DNA of 64,000 nt, taken from Lama guanicoe. Lineage: Eukaryota. A program made the position numbers and the translations under genes. Where the stretch lies: contig MU053933.1 in assembly GCA_013239625.1 (NCBI GenBank), positions 2,967,817 to 3,031,816 of the forward strand. The letters run 5' to 3'. The number at the start of each line of letters is the position of its first letter. Position 1 is the first letter of the stretch. Below the pieces are notes generated by a model, which worked only from the letters and a program-made list of their open reading frames with translations, made no database searches and was not told where the DNA came from. Positions 12,018 through 25,212 of this stretch are shown here, piece by piece.

Positions 12018-12085
12018 TGTGAGAGTGCTTTTTGGAGTTTTAAAATGAATTTAATAATTCAGACTATTAAAGAAGAGTTAAACAG
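12018..12085 (+). other. Candidate 68-nt internal exon
   Basis: Acceptor 'gtttctttgtctcaaatttcctttccag|' and perfect donor 'CAG|GTGAGT', in non-repeat sequence 2.7 kb downstream of exon 1. Confidence 0.5.
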
Positions 12086-12869
12086 GTGAGTTCTGTTGAG
12101 CCTGAATGGAAGCATGCCTTTTAAAAACTCAAGCCATGTTAATATTTCTTTCTTTCTTTCATTTTAAAGTGGTAATTGTGTTGAGTTAACACTTCCTTCG
12201 CTTTACTTAGTCTCCTTAGCCCCAGGTGGGAATTTTCTTGCTAAAGTATGGACATCGAGTAACAAACCATTGAAGAAATTAAATAAGTCCCTGTCTGCTT
12301 AACAAGCACTCTCTAAAAAAGGCATTCTTTATTATAACATATGCATATATTTGTACGCAGAGGCAATTTGTTTTTCCATAAACAGGGTTGATTATAACAT
12401 CCCTCATCCTCACCACATGGTGCTTCCCAGTCCTCCTGGAGAGGGACTGGAACTATCTGAGTATGTGGTAGGGCTGGTGGGCAGTTGCCAGGCATTCCTG
12501 CCTTGGACCAACATCTACTCTCTTGTCTATAATTTTGAGGACAAATCTTTGTAAATCATTTTAGATAAATCCTTTATTTCTCTTGAGGTTAATTTTGTCT
12601 GTTACTTTAGAGTTGCCCCACAGGCTAGCAGTTAAAAATAATGGGTGTCACTTGTGATATAGAAATTCTTCCACATGATAGTAAATTGTGCATTAAATGA
12701 AGCTGTGGATTGTTGAGGTGTTTTTGTTAGGAGCATCTGAACTAGTTCTTTGGCCCCATCGCCTGCACACTTAACCCAGGTTATTCTTTGACATCTGTTT
12801 TGTTGAAGGAAACCCAGGGCAGCTTCCTTCTGCCTCTTCCAAGCCTCAGAAATACTCTCTGAGCTCCTA

Positions 12870-13915
12870 CTCTTCGCCAGGTCCTGTGTAATGATTTGGG
12901 AACCCACAGGGGAATAAGACAGAGTTCTTATCATTGAAGGCCTCGCCGCTTTGGACTGAGGAAAGGATATGAAAACAGATGGTTACAGGAGGCCATGCTC
13001 AGTGCTGCAATTGGGATACACAGAAAGCTGTGTTGGTGTGTTGAGAAGATGTGATTCATTTAGGCTGAGAATCAAAGGCTTCAGGGATGAGGTGGCCTTT
13101 GGGTTGAGCCCTGGAGTTTGAGTTTTAATTGTTTGGGCACGAATAGGTAGCCACCAATTAGAAAAAGACCAGAAGGTTGGCGTCATTGGAAGACAGGGTG
13201 CATGGTGGTGCTGAGACTGGAGGTGTGGGAGGCATTGTGGAAGGGTTGGGACTCCATTGGAGGTGTGGGAGGGAGAGTTGAGGAGAGGTTATGTGGTAGG
13301 CAAAATAGTGGCTCCCCTAAAACTATCTACATCCTAATCTGCATAACTTGTGACTATGTTATATTATATGTCAAAGAGGATTTAAGGTAACAGGTGGATT
13401 GAAGGTTGCTAGTCAGTTGACTTTAAAATAAGATTATCCTAGATTACCCAGGTGAGCCTGAAGTTATCACCACGAAGGGTCATTAAATGTGGAAGAGGGA
13501 TGCAGAAGAGTCAGTGTCAGAGCAATGTGAAATGAGGAAGACTCTACCCCTCATTGCTGGCTTTGAAGATGGAAGGGGTCATGAGCCAAAGAATGCAGGC
13601 AGCCTCCAGAAGCTGGAAAAGGCAAGAAAATGGTTTCTCCTGCCAAGCCTCCAGAAAGGAACACAGCCCTGCTGGCACCTTGGTTCTAGCCAGGGAGACC
13701 TGTGTCTGACTTCTGAGCTCCAGAGCCGTAAGATAATTAATTTGTGCTGTGTTAGACACTAAATTTATGGAAAAAATTTTTTAGAGCAGCTGCAGGAAAC
13801 TCGTGTGAGTTGAGACTCTGTTCTAGAAGGTTTTAGCTGGCAAAGTTTAAGGAGGAAATAACATGGTCACATTGGCTATAGATGATAAACTGATCCAGCT
13901 GCTGTGTAGGAGGGG
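12870..13915 (-). mobile_element. L2 fragment (interrupted by the MLT1D LTR)
   Basis: Antisense L2 3' motifs 'ccaggtcctgtgtaatgatttgggaacccacaggggaataagacagag' upstream of the LTR. L2-like sequence resumes after ~13806. Confidence 0.55.
13292..13805 (+). mobile_element. MaLR solo LTR, MLT1D-like
   Basis: Starts TGTGGTAGGCAAAATAGTGGCTCCCC and contains 'gctggctttgaagatggaagggg...gagccaaagaatgcaggcagcctccagaagctggaaaaggcaag'. Length ~510 bp. Confidence 0.85.
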
Positions 13916-14089
13916 GTTGCCCTAAGTAAGCATGCTTCTGATCCCCAGTTTCATCTCCTGGCACTATTGGCATCTGATGTTGCCTTACCTGGCCTGAGTC
14001 CCACTTGAAGTCTTCCCCTAAACAGTCTGCTCAGCCTCCACCCCTGCTAATTGCTATGTCCCACTGGTCCCCTTTTCCTCTGTGCTGCG

Positions 14090-15450
14090 TACTCAGGAGA
14101 GAGTGGACCAGGTATACATCTACACGTGGAATTGTGGGGTCATAGGGTAGGCCCACTTCCAATCTCAGAGCTGTTGTCAAAATATTTTCCAAAGATTTGT
14201 TTCTTCATATCCTCACTAATCCTTTGTATGTTCATATGTTTTAATTGTTTTCAGTCGAGTAGATTTGAAATATCTCACTGTTTTCATTTGTATTTCCTTG
14301 ATTACTAGTGAGTTTGGGGATTTTCAAAATCGATTTATTAGATATCTGGGTTTCCTCTTCTATAAGTTGTATTCTGATATTGTTCATCTGTTTGTTGCCT
14401 GGGTTGTCCTTTTTATAGCTTTTTAGAAGTTCTTTATATATTCTGGATTCTATTTGTGTATTTTTTTATCCTTTTAAAAATACTGTTTTGATGAACAGAT
14501 GTTTAATTTTAATGTAGTCAAGTTTATCAGTCTTTTCCTTATGATTTGTGGTTATTAAGTCTTATTTGAGAAACCCTTTTATTACCCCAAGGTCATAAGA
14601 TACCTTCCTCTTTAAAAATATTTTGAATATTTCCTCTTCATGTTCTACTTTGAACTTATTTTTGTGTGAGGTGTGAGGTAGAGATATAATTTTAGAAGTT
14701 TTCCAAACGCATAACCAGTTCTACCAGTACCACTTATTGAGTACCATCCTTTCCCCAGTGATCTGCAATGCTACCTTTGAAACATACCAGATCTCGCAAA
14801 TGTGTGGGTCTGTTTCTAATTTCTCCATATCAATAATGATAATTTCATTTCTTCTTTCCTAGTCCTTACATCTTTTTTTTTTTGTCTCAGTTCTTTTGTT
14901 TGGACTCCTAGCCAAAGTTGTGTAGAAATTGCAATAACACTATCCTAATATTGTTTATTACCTTAAAGGGAATGTTTTCAAAGCCTTGAATATGAAGTTT
15001 GGTATATATATTGGTAGATACCTTTTATTAGGTTAAGGATGGTCTTATCGACTAATAGTTTGATAAAAGATTTTAAAAAATCATTAATAGATTTTAATTT
15101 TATCAGATGGTTTTCTTTACTGATTTAGATAGTTTTACATCTTTTCTTCTTTGAACTCTGAGGTGAAATATTTTAATCTTTTAATTTTAAACCATTCTTG
15201 ATTTCTTGGGATAAACTATAGTTTGTCATGACATACGACATATAAAACTTATTGTTGTATCCAATATGATTGTATTTCATTTATGATTTTGGCATATATT
15301 TTCATAAGAAGTATTGACCAATAACATTCTCTTCTTGTATTGCTCTTAATTGGATTTGGTATCAAAATGATGCTGCATCATTTCTGTAATAGTTTCTGAA
15401 AGAGAAGGATATTTGTTCCTTGTAAGTTTGGCAAAATTGCTTCTTAAATG
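14090..15450 (-). mobile_element. Ancient L1 (L1M/L1ME-type) ORF2/3' fragment
   Basis: T-rich antisense L1 motifs: 'tatttccttgattactagtgag', 'ttctttatatattctggat', 'ccagtaccacttattgag', 'gataccttttattaggttaagg'. Confidence 0.75.
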
Positions 15451-16132
15451 TTATACATCTGGATTTTAGAACTTGGAGACTCTTGCAATTAGTCACTTTA
15501 AGAGGGTCACTGGTCCATTTTAATCGGCTTGGGGGAGTTGTTCTGGACATGCCTAGTTTCAGATGGGGGCAGGAAGGTGGAATCGTCCATGTTCCAGAAG
15601 TTTAGGACAACTGGATACAGGTAAATATTAGTAATATTTACCAGACTGTGGAGACTAATTGGCGTTAATGCTGCTGAGTTAGTCAAAATTCAAACTGTGT
15701 TCCTTTCTAGGTCTTGTTTATAGTTTTTGCAAGTATGTTGTCCATCAAGGAACCAATTAGAATATGAAACTAGACATCATATTGGTTTGTTTCTTGTGAA
15801 CAAACCATCCTGCTTACTTTTCCAGAACCTACCTTGGGAATTGCTGCCTCTCAACCTCTCCTTATTGCAGAGGAAAAATCTCCCTTTCTCATTCCGCTGT
15901 TGATCTAAAGCTTAACCATCCTTCAGGGCTGGCGCTGGACCTACCAAAGTTTCCCAGATGAATTCTGACTCATGGTGAACCCTCCCTTTGCTTTTTACAG
16001 TACTGTCCTGCCTCACAAATATAGAGGGCAGGGTTCGGTTGTGTTCATGAGTGGTCAGTTGATCAGAAGAGTATTCAGATCCAAGTGAAAGCTTCCCTCC
16101 TTTGTCTGAGCTCAGCACTGGGAAGCTTGATA

Positions 16133-16689
16133 GAGTGGACAGACTGTATAGGGTTGGCCCCACTGTGATCCCCAACTCCTAGTATTCATGCCTTTGTATA
16201 ATTCCCGTCCCCATTGAGGTGGGAATCTAACTAATGCAATAAGACAAAAGTGAGGGGATGTCTCTTCCATGATTATGTTATATATAATTTCATCTTGTTA
16301 GAAACTAATTTAGAGACTATCTTTGCTAGCTTGAGTAAATACCAGTGTTGGGGAAGCCCACATGGCAAGAATTGCAGGTGATCTCTAGGAGCTGAGGGCA
16401 ACCTCCAGAAACAGCCAGTAGGAAACAGGGGTCCTCAGTCCTACAGCAAGGATAAAACTTGTGCCAAAACCTGAGCGACCTTGGAAGCAGATTCTTCCCC
16501 AGTTGAGCCTGCAGATGAGAACACAGCCTTGCCAACATCATGATTGCAGTCTTATGAGATCCTAAGCTGAGGACCCAGTTAAGCCTGCTCAGACTCCTGA
16601 CCCACAGAACTGTGAGATAATAAATGTGTATTGTTTTAAGTTGCTAAGTTTATGATAGTTTGTCATTTAGCTGTAGGAGACTAGTGTAC
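16133..16689 (+). mobile_element. MaLR solo LTR, MLT1E/F-like
   Basis: 'gatccccaactcctagtattcatgcctttgtataattccc...ttggaagcagattcttccccagttgagcct...gaactgtgagataataaatgtgtattgttttaagttgctaagttt'. Confidence 0.8.
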
Positions 16690-17749
16690 CAAATCTGTAC
16701 AACCTCCCTGTTACCTTCACTAGAAGTGGGTTTAGGCTGATGAAGGGTATTTGAGTCTATTTGAGAGAATCAGTTTTTTATTTTAAAGCTTTTTTCTATT
16801 TATAAAAATAATACAAGTATTTTATATAGAAAAATTGGAGTAGGCAGAAAATATAAAGGACAAAATAAACTTTTTTCTTTGTAGATAACATTTCTTTGTG
16901 TCATATCATGTTCTTCTACAATATGATTTTGAATGGCTGCATACTATTCCAATGGGTGTCCCTGTTTACTGAACTACTTTCCAATGACTGGATATTTATG
17001 CTGCTTTAAAATATTTACCATCATAAATAATGCTTTAATAAGTATCCTATACAAAAATCATTGTATGTATCACTGATTATTTCTGAAATATAAATTTCTA
17101 AATGCAGAATTATTATGTCAAAACTTGTAGATGTTTTTAAACTTTCTGATATGTAACCATTCAGCTTCCAGAGTTTCTTGAAAAAGTATACAGCTTAAGC
17201 ATCTGTTTCTGTAACTCACCAGGTTGGGATAGGACAGAACTATTGATTTTTGAGCATTTAAGTTCCTGTTTCCTTAACTCTGTTTGCAAAGTGCTTTTAA
17301 ATTATTCATTAAAGCACAGTATGGATTCTATTTATAGGCACATTTGTGTATGAGATTGCTCCCTTATGTCTGGGCAGAAAGCCTACAGATTGCTATTATC
17401 ACATCCCTGTCTTTGGAAATCCTTTTCTACTCCTATCTACCCTTTCTTGGTTTTCAACCAAATACAGACACTGAGACACATAAGGTCTTGTAGCTCAGAT
17501 GGTTGCTCAGATGAAATGGCTATTTTAAGTATCTTCTCATCATTCATTATCTAGTTGACATCAAAAAGATGACCAATCAGAAGAATATTAATTATTAATT
17601 CAAAAATATTTTTCCTGATTCATAAGATGAGTGCTTATTTAGAGATTTTCTAGAAGAAAGATGAGCATCAAAAGCAGAATAAAAATCTTTAATTCTGTCA
17701 CCCAGAGATGACCACTATATAAACATGACTTGTTCATACTAGTTTATTC

Positions 17750-19715
17750 TTAATATTGATTAAATTCTGATGACTAATTTTGGGGTGAGGGGGCGATTTT
17801 TGCATTCATGTCTATGAGTGAAATTGGCCCATAATATTCTTTTCCTATAGCTGTTCTTTCTAATTTGAAGTGAATGCTTAATTTATTAATTTGCAGCTTT
17901 TCTCTTTTACTAATACATGCATTTAAAGTGATACATTTTCTTATAAATAATGCTTCAACTGCATCAAACAAAGTTTGATTTGAGGTATTTTCATTATTGT
18001 TTAATATGTGCTGAATTGTTCCTCCCTCAAATTCCTGTGTTGAAGCCCTAACCCCCCAATGTCATGGTACTTGGAGAGGGGGCCTTTGCGAAATAGGTCT
18101 AGATGAGGTCGTGAGTTTGAGGTCATTGTGATGGGATTAATGCATTATATGAAGCGACCAGAGAGCTTGCTCTATGTCTCTCTGTTTCTTGCCACGTGGA
18201 GACACAGCAAGAAGGCAGACATCTGCAAGCCAGAAAGAGGGCCCTCACCAGAGCCTGACAACGTTGGCACCCTGGTTTCAGGCTACCCAGCATCTGGAAC
18301 TGTGGGAGATAAATGTCTGTTGTTTAAGCCACCCAATCTACGCTTTTTTGTTATAGCAGCCTGAGCTGACTAAGACAATATATTTTCTAATTTCTATATG
18401 ATGTTTTTCTTTGATTTCTAGGCCGTTTAGAAGAATATTTAAGAATTTCCAAACATATGCATATTTTCTTATTTTATTCTTTTCCATTACAATTGCATTG
18501 CCCAAAGATCCTGCTCTTTATGATTCTAATCCTTTGAAATTTGCTGATGTGCCTTACAGCTTGGAAGATGGTCTATAAGTTTTCTCAAATGTTCTTGTGT
18601 GCTTGAAAAGAATTAGGTTCAGTGTTCTTTATATTCTATTCAGCTAACTTGATAAGCATATTATGTACATCTTCTGTTTTCTAACTACTTTTTGTTTTGG
18701 TCTGATTGTTATATGAATTACTAAGATAATTACACAATTTCATTATGATTATGGATTTGTCTTATTTCTCCTTGTAGTTCTGTCAATTTTTATTTATATA
18801 CTTTGAGACCATGTTATTAGGGGCATGCAAATTTAAAATTCTTACGTCTTCCTGATGAACTGAGACTTTAAGTATTATGAGTGGTTCTCTTTATCTCTAA
18901 TAATGAATCTTTGCCTTTATGGTATAATGTGTCTGGTGCTAATGTAGCCATACCAGATTTCTTGAGGCTTATATTTCCATGATACCTTGTTTTAAATTTT
19001 ACTTTCAGACTTACTGTTTCTTTTAGTTTAGCTATGTCTCTTGCAAAGATTATACAGTTAGGCTTTTTTCATCCAATCTGATCATCTTTGTCCTCTAATG
19101 GGAACAGTCAGCTCATTTACATTGAATGTAATTATTGATCTATTTGCATTTAAACCCACAATCCTATTATATCTTACTCCTGTCTCACATTTTCTGTGTT
19201 TATTTTTCTCTCTTTTCTTGTATTATTTGAAACTAGTATTATGATTTTTAAAAAATCATTGTACTTTTCCATTCTCTCTGGTACATTGGAGGTTATATTA
19301 TACTTTTCTTTCTTTTTGTGGTTACTGTGTAAATTAGATAATGTGTTATTAACTTACCCAGATGATGCAGTTTTACCTTCCTCTTGGACCATACAAAGAT
19401 CATATTTCTTAGAATACCTGCACTCCATTCACCCTTCCAGATTTATATGTGCTTGTAATTTTGTATTTTAATTGTATATGATTTTTTAAACTCAATGAAA
19501 CAAATTAACAGTATTTAATTAACAATATTTAACATACTGTCACTATTCATTTAGATTTATTCACGTATTTACCCATCCTTTGCCTTTCATCACTCTCTGA
19601 CATTTCTGACCTTCATTTTGGTGTTGTTTCCCTTCTGTCCCAAGAGCCTTCTTTAGAAATTTCATTTTTTGCTGGTTTTTTTTTCTAAAAGTACTTTAAT
19701 TTCACTTTTATTATT
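17750..19715 (-). mobile_element. Ancient L1 (L1ME-type), outermost host of the nested cluster; resumes at ~32020-32630 and ~34156-34620
   Basis: Antisense L1 ORF2/endonuclease-region motifs ('ggatttgtcttatttctccttgtagttctgtcaattttt'). The sequence appears to continue in register after the later insertions. Confidence 0.65.
18002..18377 (+). mobile_element. MaLR solo LTR, MLT1A0-like (complete)
   Basis: 'tgttgaagccctaacccccaatgtcatggtacttggagagggggccttt...ataaatgtctgttgtttaagccacccaatctac...gactaagaca'. Confidence 0.85.
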
Positions 19716-19734
19716 TTTAAAATTTCTTTAATTT

Positions 19735-22700
19735 ACTTTGAAATTTGGGGGATATAATTTACATGCCATAAAATTCACCCTTTTAAAGTTTAGATTTAGT
19801 GGTTTCTGGTATATTTACAAGGTTGTGCAACCATCATCACTGCCTAATTCCAGAGCTTTTCATCACTTCGGAAAGAAACTTCATACCCCTTAACAGTCAC
19901 TCCCCACTCCTCCCTTGCCTCAGCTCTTGGCAACCATTAATCTACTTCTGTCTCTAAGGTTCTGCCTATTATACACTTTCCATAAGAGTAGAGTTATAAG
20001 TATGTAGCCTTTGGTCTCTGGCTTCTTTTACTCAGTATAATGATATCAGGGTTCATCCAGTGTCCACTGTAGCATTTATCAGTACTTTATTCCTTTTTAT
20101 GGATGAAAAATACTGCATTGTATGGATATATCACATTTTGTTTATCCATTCATTCATCAGCAAGTGGATATTTGAGTTTTTTTTTCATTTTTTGTCTATT
20201 ATGAATAATGTATTGTCAACAGTCATGTACAAGTTTTTGTATGAATACGTGTTTTCATTTCTTTTGAGTATATACTTAGGAGTGAAGTTGATGGCTCAAA
20301 TAATAACTCTATGTTTGACTTTTTGGGTAACTTCCAAACTGTTTTCCAAATATCCTGTGCCATTTTACATGACTCCCAGTGATGTATGAGGGTTCTAGTT
20401 TCTTCACATCTTTACCAACACTTGTTATTTTCACTTTTTTGATTATTGCCATCTTAGTGGGTGTGAAATACTATCTCATTGTGGTATTGATTAGTATTTC
20501 CCTAATGACTGACACTTTTGAGCACCTTTTCGTGTGCTTATTGGCCATTTGTATATCTTCTTTGGAGAAATGTCTATTCAAACCCTTTGGTTGTTTTTGA
20601 ATTGGGTTGTCTTTTTATTGTTGAGTTGTAAGAGTTCTTTATATATTGTTTACTAATCCCTTATCAGATATATGTTTTGCAAATATTTCCTCTCCAACTA
20701 TGAGTTGTCTTTTCATTTTCTTGATAGTATCCTTTGATGCACAAAAGGTTTTAATTTTCATGAAGTCCAATTAATCTATTTTTTTCTTTTGTCGCTTGTG
20801 TTTTAGGTATTATATTTAAGACAACATTGCCTAATTCCAGGTCACAAAGATTCACACGTGTGTTTTATTCTAAAGTTTTAGCTCTTAAATTTAGATCTGT
20901 AATACATTTTGAGTTAATTTTTATGTATGGTGCGAGGGAGAAGTTTCTGTTTCTGGCTATCCAGTTGTCCTAGCACTATTTGTTGAAAAGATTATTTCCT
21001 CAGTGAATGGTCTTTTAGCACCTTTGTTGAAAAGCAGTTGACCATAAAATAAGGGTTTATTTTTGGACTCTCAGTTTGATCCCATCTTTCTTTATATCTA
21101 TCTTTATGCCAAAACTACACAGTCTTAATTATTGGAACTTTGTGCTAAGTTTTGAAATTGGGAAGTGTGAGTCCTCCAACTTTGTTGTTTTTATTTAAGG
21201 TTGTTTTGGCTATTCCCAGTCCCTTGCATTTCCATATGATTTTTTTAGGATTATCTTGTCAATTTCTGCATGAAAGGCAGCTGGAATTTTGATAGGGAAT
21301 GTACTGAATGTATAGACCAATTTTGGAATATTGCCATCTTAACATTAAGTCTTCTAATCCATGAACATGGGGTGTATTAGCTGTAATAGTTTTTTTAGTG
21401 GATTTTGAAGGTTTTCTATGTATAAGACTATGTCTTCTGCATATATAGATAATTTTGCTTCTTCCTTTCTAATCTGGATGCCCTGTACTTTTATTTCTTT
21501 TGTAATTGCCCTGGTTATAACCTCTAGTATAATGTTGAATTGTTCTGGCAAAGGTGGACATCCTTGTCTTCTTCGTGATCTTAAGGAGAAAGCTTTCAGC
21601 CTTTCACCATTAAGTATGTTGTTAGCTGTGGATTTTTGTAAATGTCCTTTATTAGCTTAAGAAAGTTTCCTTCTATTTCTATTTTGTTGAATTTTTTTTT
21701 ATCATGAAAGAGTGTTGTTATTGTTGTCAGATGCTCTTTCTGAATCTATTGAGATGACTGTGTAGTTTTTGTCCTTTACTAATGTCATGCATAATATTGA
21801 TTGATGTTCATGTGCTGAACCAACCTTGCATTCCTTGGATAAATCCCAGTTGGTCATGGTGGATAATCCTTTTGATATATTGCTCGATTTAGTTTGTTAG
21901 TGTTTTATTGAGGATTTTCGCACGTGCATTGTTAAGGCATATTGATCTATATGTTTTCTTTACTGTAATATTTTTTGTCAGATTTTGATATCAGGATTAT
22001 ATTGGCCTCATAGAATGAATTGGAAAGTGTCCTTTTCTATTTCTTGGAAGAGTCTTTGAAGGATTGGTGTTAATTCTTCTTTAAATGTTTGACGGAATTC
22101 ACTAGTGAAAGCCAGTTGGTCTTGGACTTTTCCTTGTGGGAAGTTTTTTCAGTTACCAACAGAATGTCTTTACCCGTTTTAGGTCTATTCAGATTTTGTT
22201 GTTGTTCTTGAATCAGTCTTGATAGTTTCTGCCTTTCTAGGAATTTGGCCATTTCACCTAGGTTATCTAATTCGTTGGCAAACAATTGTTCATAATATTT
22301 CTTGATGATTTTTAAAATTTCTTTAAGGTTCCTAATTTTGTTTCTGATTTTAGTAATTTAAGTTTTCTCTCTTGTTCTTGGATTGTCTGGATAAAGATTT
22401 GTCTTTTTCTTTTTTTCGTTTTTCATAGAACTAACATCTAAGTTCATTTTTTTTGCTATTGTCTTCTATTTTTTACTTCATTATTTTTGCTCTAATACTT
22501 GCTTTTTTCTTCCTTCTGCTTGCTTTAGATTTAGTTTGTTCTTTTCTAATTTCTTAGGGTGGAAGTTTAGGGTATTGATTTGAGGCATTTATTCTTTTTT
22601 AATATTGGTGTTCACAGCTGGAATACTCTCTAATCACTTTTGCTGCCTCCCATATATTTTGGTATGTTGTATTTTCATTTTCAGCCCTCTCAGAATTTTT

Positions 22701-22933
22701 CTGATTTTCTTTGTGCTTTCTTCTGTGATACCTTGGTTATTTAGGAGTGTATTGTTTAATTACCACAAACTTATGAATCTCTTATGTTTATGTTGTTGAC
22801 TTCTGTATTTCTTTCCCTTCCTATTAGAAAGCACACTTTGTATGATTTCAGTCTTTTAAAAGTTTGAGATTTGTTTTTTTCTAGCCTAATATCTGGTCTC
22901 TCCTGGAGAATGTTCTGTGTTTTAAAATAATGT
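19735..22933 (-). mobile_element. L1MB-type L1, 3'UTR and ORF2 (3' half)
   Basis: Antisense 3' end 'ataaaattcacccttttaaag...gttgtgcaaccatcatcact'. Minus-strand ORF2 remnants: 21354-21551 (FNIILEV...KLSIYAEDIVLYIEN, decayed RT FADD region) and 22070-22285. Confidence 0.85.
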
Positions 22934-23878
22934 GCTTTGACAGCTTGTCTAAGATGGTGGAGTAGGAAGACCCTGAGCTGCCTTCTCTCATGGACACACC
23001 AAAATTACAATTATTTACAGAAACTCTTTCTGAGAAAGACTGGAGTCTACTAGAACAGATTTTCTACAACTAAAGATATAGAGAAGAAACCACAATGAAA
23101 TGGGCAAGGATGATAGAATTGCAGTATAGTCAAATCTCATACCCTGGGGTGAGTGACCCACAAATAGGCGAATAATTACAGTTTTAGAGGTTCTCCCCAA
23201 GGTGTGAGGGATCCAAGCCTCACACTGAGCTCGTCATCCTGGAGGTCCTGTACCAGGAAGGAAAACCCGCAGAGCATTTGGCTTTGGAGACTAGTGGCCT
23301 AACTTTAGGAAGAGCCAGAGGGCCATAGGAAATAGAGACTCGGCTCTCAAAGGGCACACACAATATCTCACATGCTCTGGGACTCACCGCAGAAGGAGTA
23401 ATTTGAAAGGAACCTCGGTCAGACCCACTAACTGATCTTGGAGAGTCTCCCAGAGAGGCAGGAGGCAACTGGAGCTCTCCCTGGGGGCATAGACAATAGT
23501 GGCAGCTATTTTGGGGAGGTTGTTCTACCATGTGGACACTGGTGCTGGCAAGAGCCATTTTGGAACACTCTCTCTAGCTTATTAACCTCAGGAGCCAGAC
23601 CTCCCCCTGACCACCAGCTTGTAGGCAGGGTCTGGCAACCAACCAGACTGTGGGGTCACCATGCCTACCAGATCACCCACAGTAGTCAGCCCACCACAAC
23701 AGAAGGATCCACAAAATCCACAAAAGGGGTCAACTCTAGAGCATATAGCTCTGGTGACCAGAGGGGAGTCTGCAGCTGTGACACATAGGACTTCTCCTAA
23801 AAAAGGCCACATCTCCAAGGTTGGGAAAAGTAACCAACCTACGAGACATGTAGAAATAAAAACAGCAAATTAGACAGA

Positions 23879-24730
23879 ATGGGATAACAGAGAAACATGT
23901 TCCAAATGAAGGAACAAGATAAAACCCCAGAAGGAAATAAGTAGAGTGGAGATAGGCAATCTACCCAATAAAGAGTTCATATAATGATCATAAAGATGAT
24001 CAAAGAATTTGGGAGAAGAATGGATGAACAGTTAGACGTTTTTAACAAACAGTTAGAAAATATAAAGAACAACCAAACGGAAATGAAGAATACAATAACT
24101 GAAATGAAAAATACACTAGAGGGAATCTACAGTAGATTAAATGATACAAAGGAATGGATCAGAGAGCTGGAAGACAGAGTATGGGAGATCACTGAGGCTG
24201 AACAGAAAAGAGCAAAAAAGAATAAAAAGAAGTGAGAACATACTAACATTGACATTATAGGATTCCCAGAAAGGGAAGAGTAAGAGAAGGGAACAGAGAA
24301 TGTATTTGAAGACAAAATAGCTGAACATTTCCCTGACCTGGGAAGGGAAACAGACATCCAGGCCCAGGAAACACAGAGAATCCCAAGGAGGATCAACCAA
24401 AGAGGATCACAGCAAGACACATTGTCATTAAACTGGCAAAAGTTAAAGGTAAAGAGAATATAAAAAGAAGCCAGGGGAAGCAACAAGTTACTTCCAGGGG
24501 AACTCCCATAAGACTACCAGCTGACTTTTCAGCAGAAACTGCAGGCCAGAAGGGAGTGGCACAATATATTTAAAGTGATGACAGGGAAAAACCTGCAATG
24601 AAGAGTACTCTCCTTGATAAGGCCTTCATTCATTTTGATGGAGAGATCAAAAGTTTACAGAAAAGCAAAAACAAAGAGCTCATCACCAACTAACCAACTT
24701 TATAAGGAATATTAAAATGATTTCTCTAAG
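23879..24730 (+). pseudogene. L1 ORF1p remnant (stops/frameshifts)
   Basis: ORF 23984-24235: MIIKMIKEFGRRMDE...EMKNTITEMKNTLEGIYSRLNDTKEWIRELEDR (coiled coil). Downstream it shows IIGFPE-like and 'gactaccagctgacttttcagcagaaac' motifs. Confidence 0.85.
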
Positions 24731-25212
24731 TGGAAAAGAAAAGTTCACAGCTAGAAACTTGAAAATTACAAAAGGAAAAATCTCATTCGTAAAGGCATAT
24801 ATGCAGTATAGGTAGTAAATCAACCAAAGCTAGCAGGATAAAAGACAAAATTAGTAAAATCATCTATATGCACAATAAGTAGTTAAGCGCTAAGGGATAC
24901 AGAAAACAAAAAGATGTAAAATACGATGTCAAAACCAGCAGTGTGGGAAGAAGGAAGTAAAAATGCAAGGTTGTTAAAATGCGTTTGAACTAAAGAGATT
25001 AGCAGGTTAAAGTAATCATTCATATATGTGTGTGTGTGTGTATAAACCTCCTGGTAACCACAAGCCAAATATGTATACTAGATACATACTTACAAAAGAG
25101 AAAGGAATCCGAATACAACACTGAAGATAGTCACCAAATCACAAGGGAGGAGAGCAGAAGAAGAAGAAAGGAAGAAAAGGAACTCAAAAACAGCCTCAAA
25201 ACAATTAACAAA

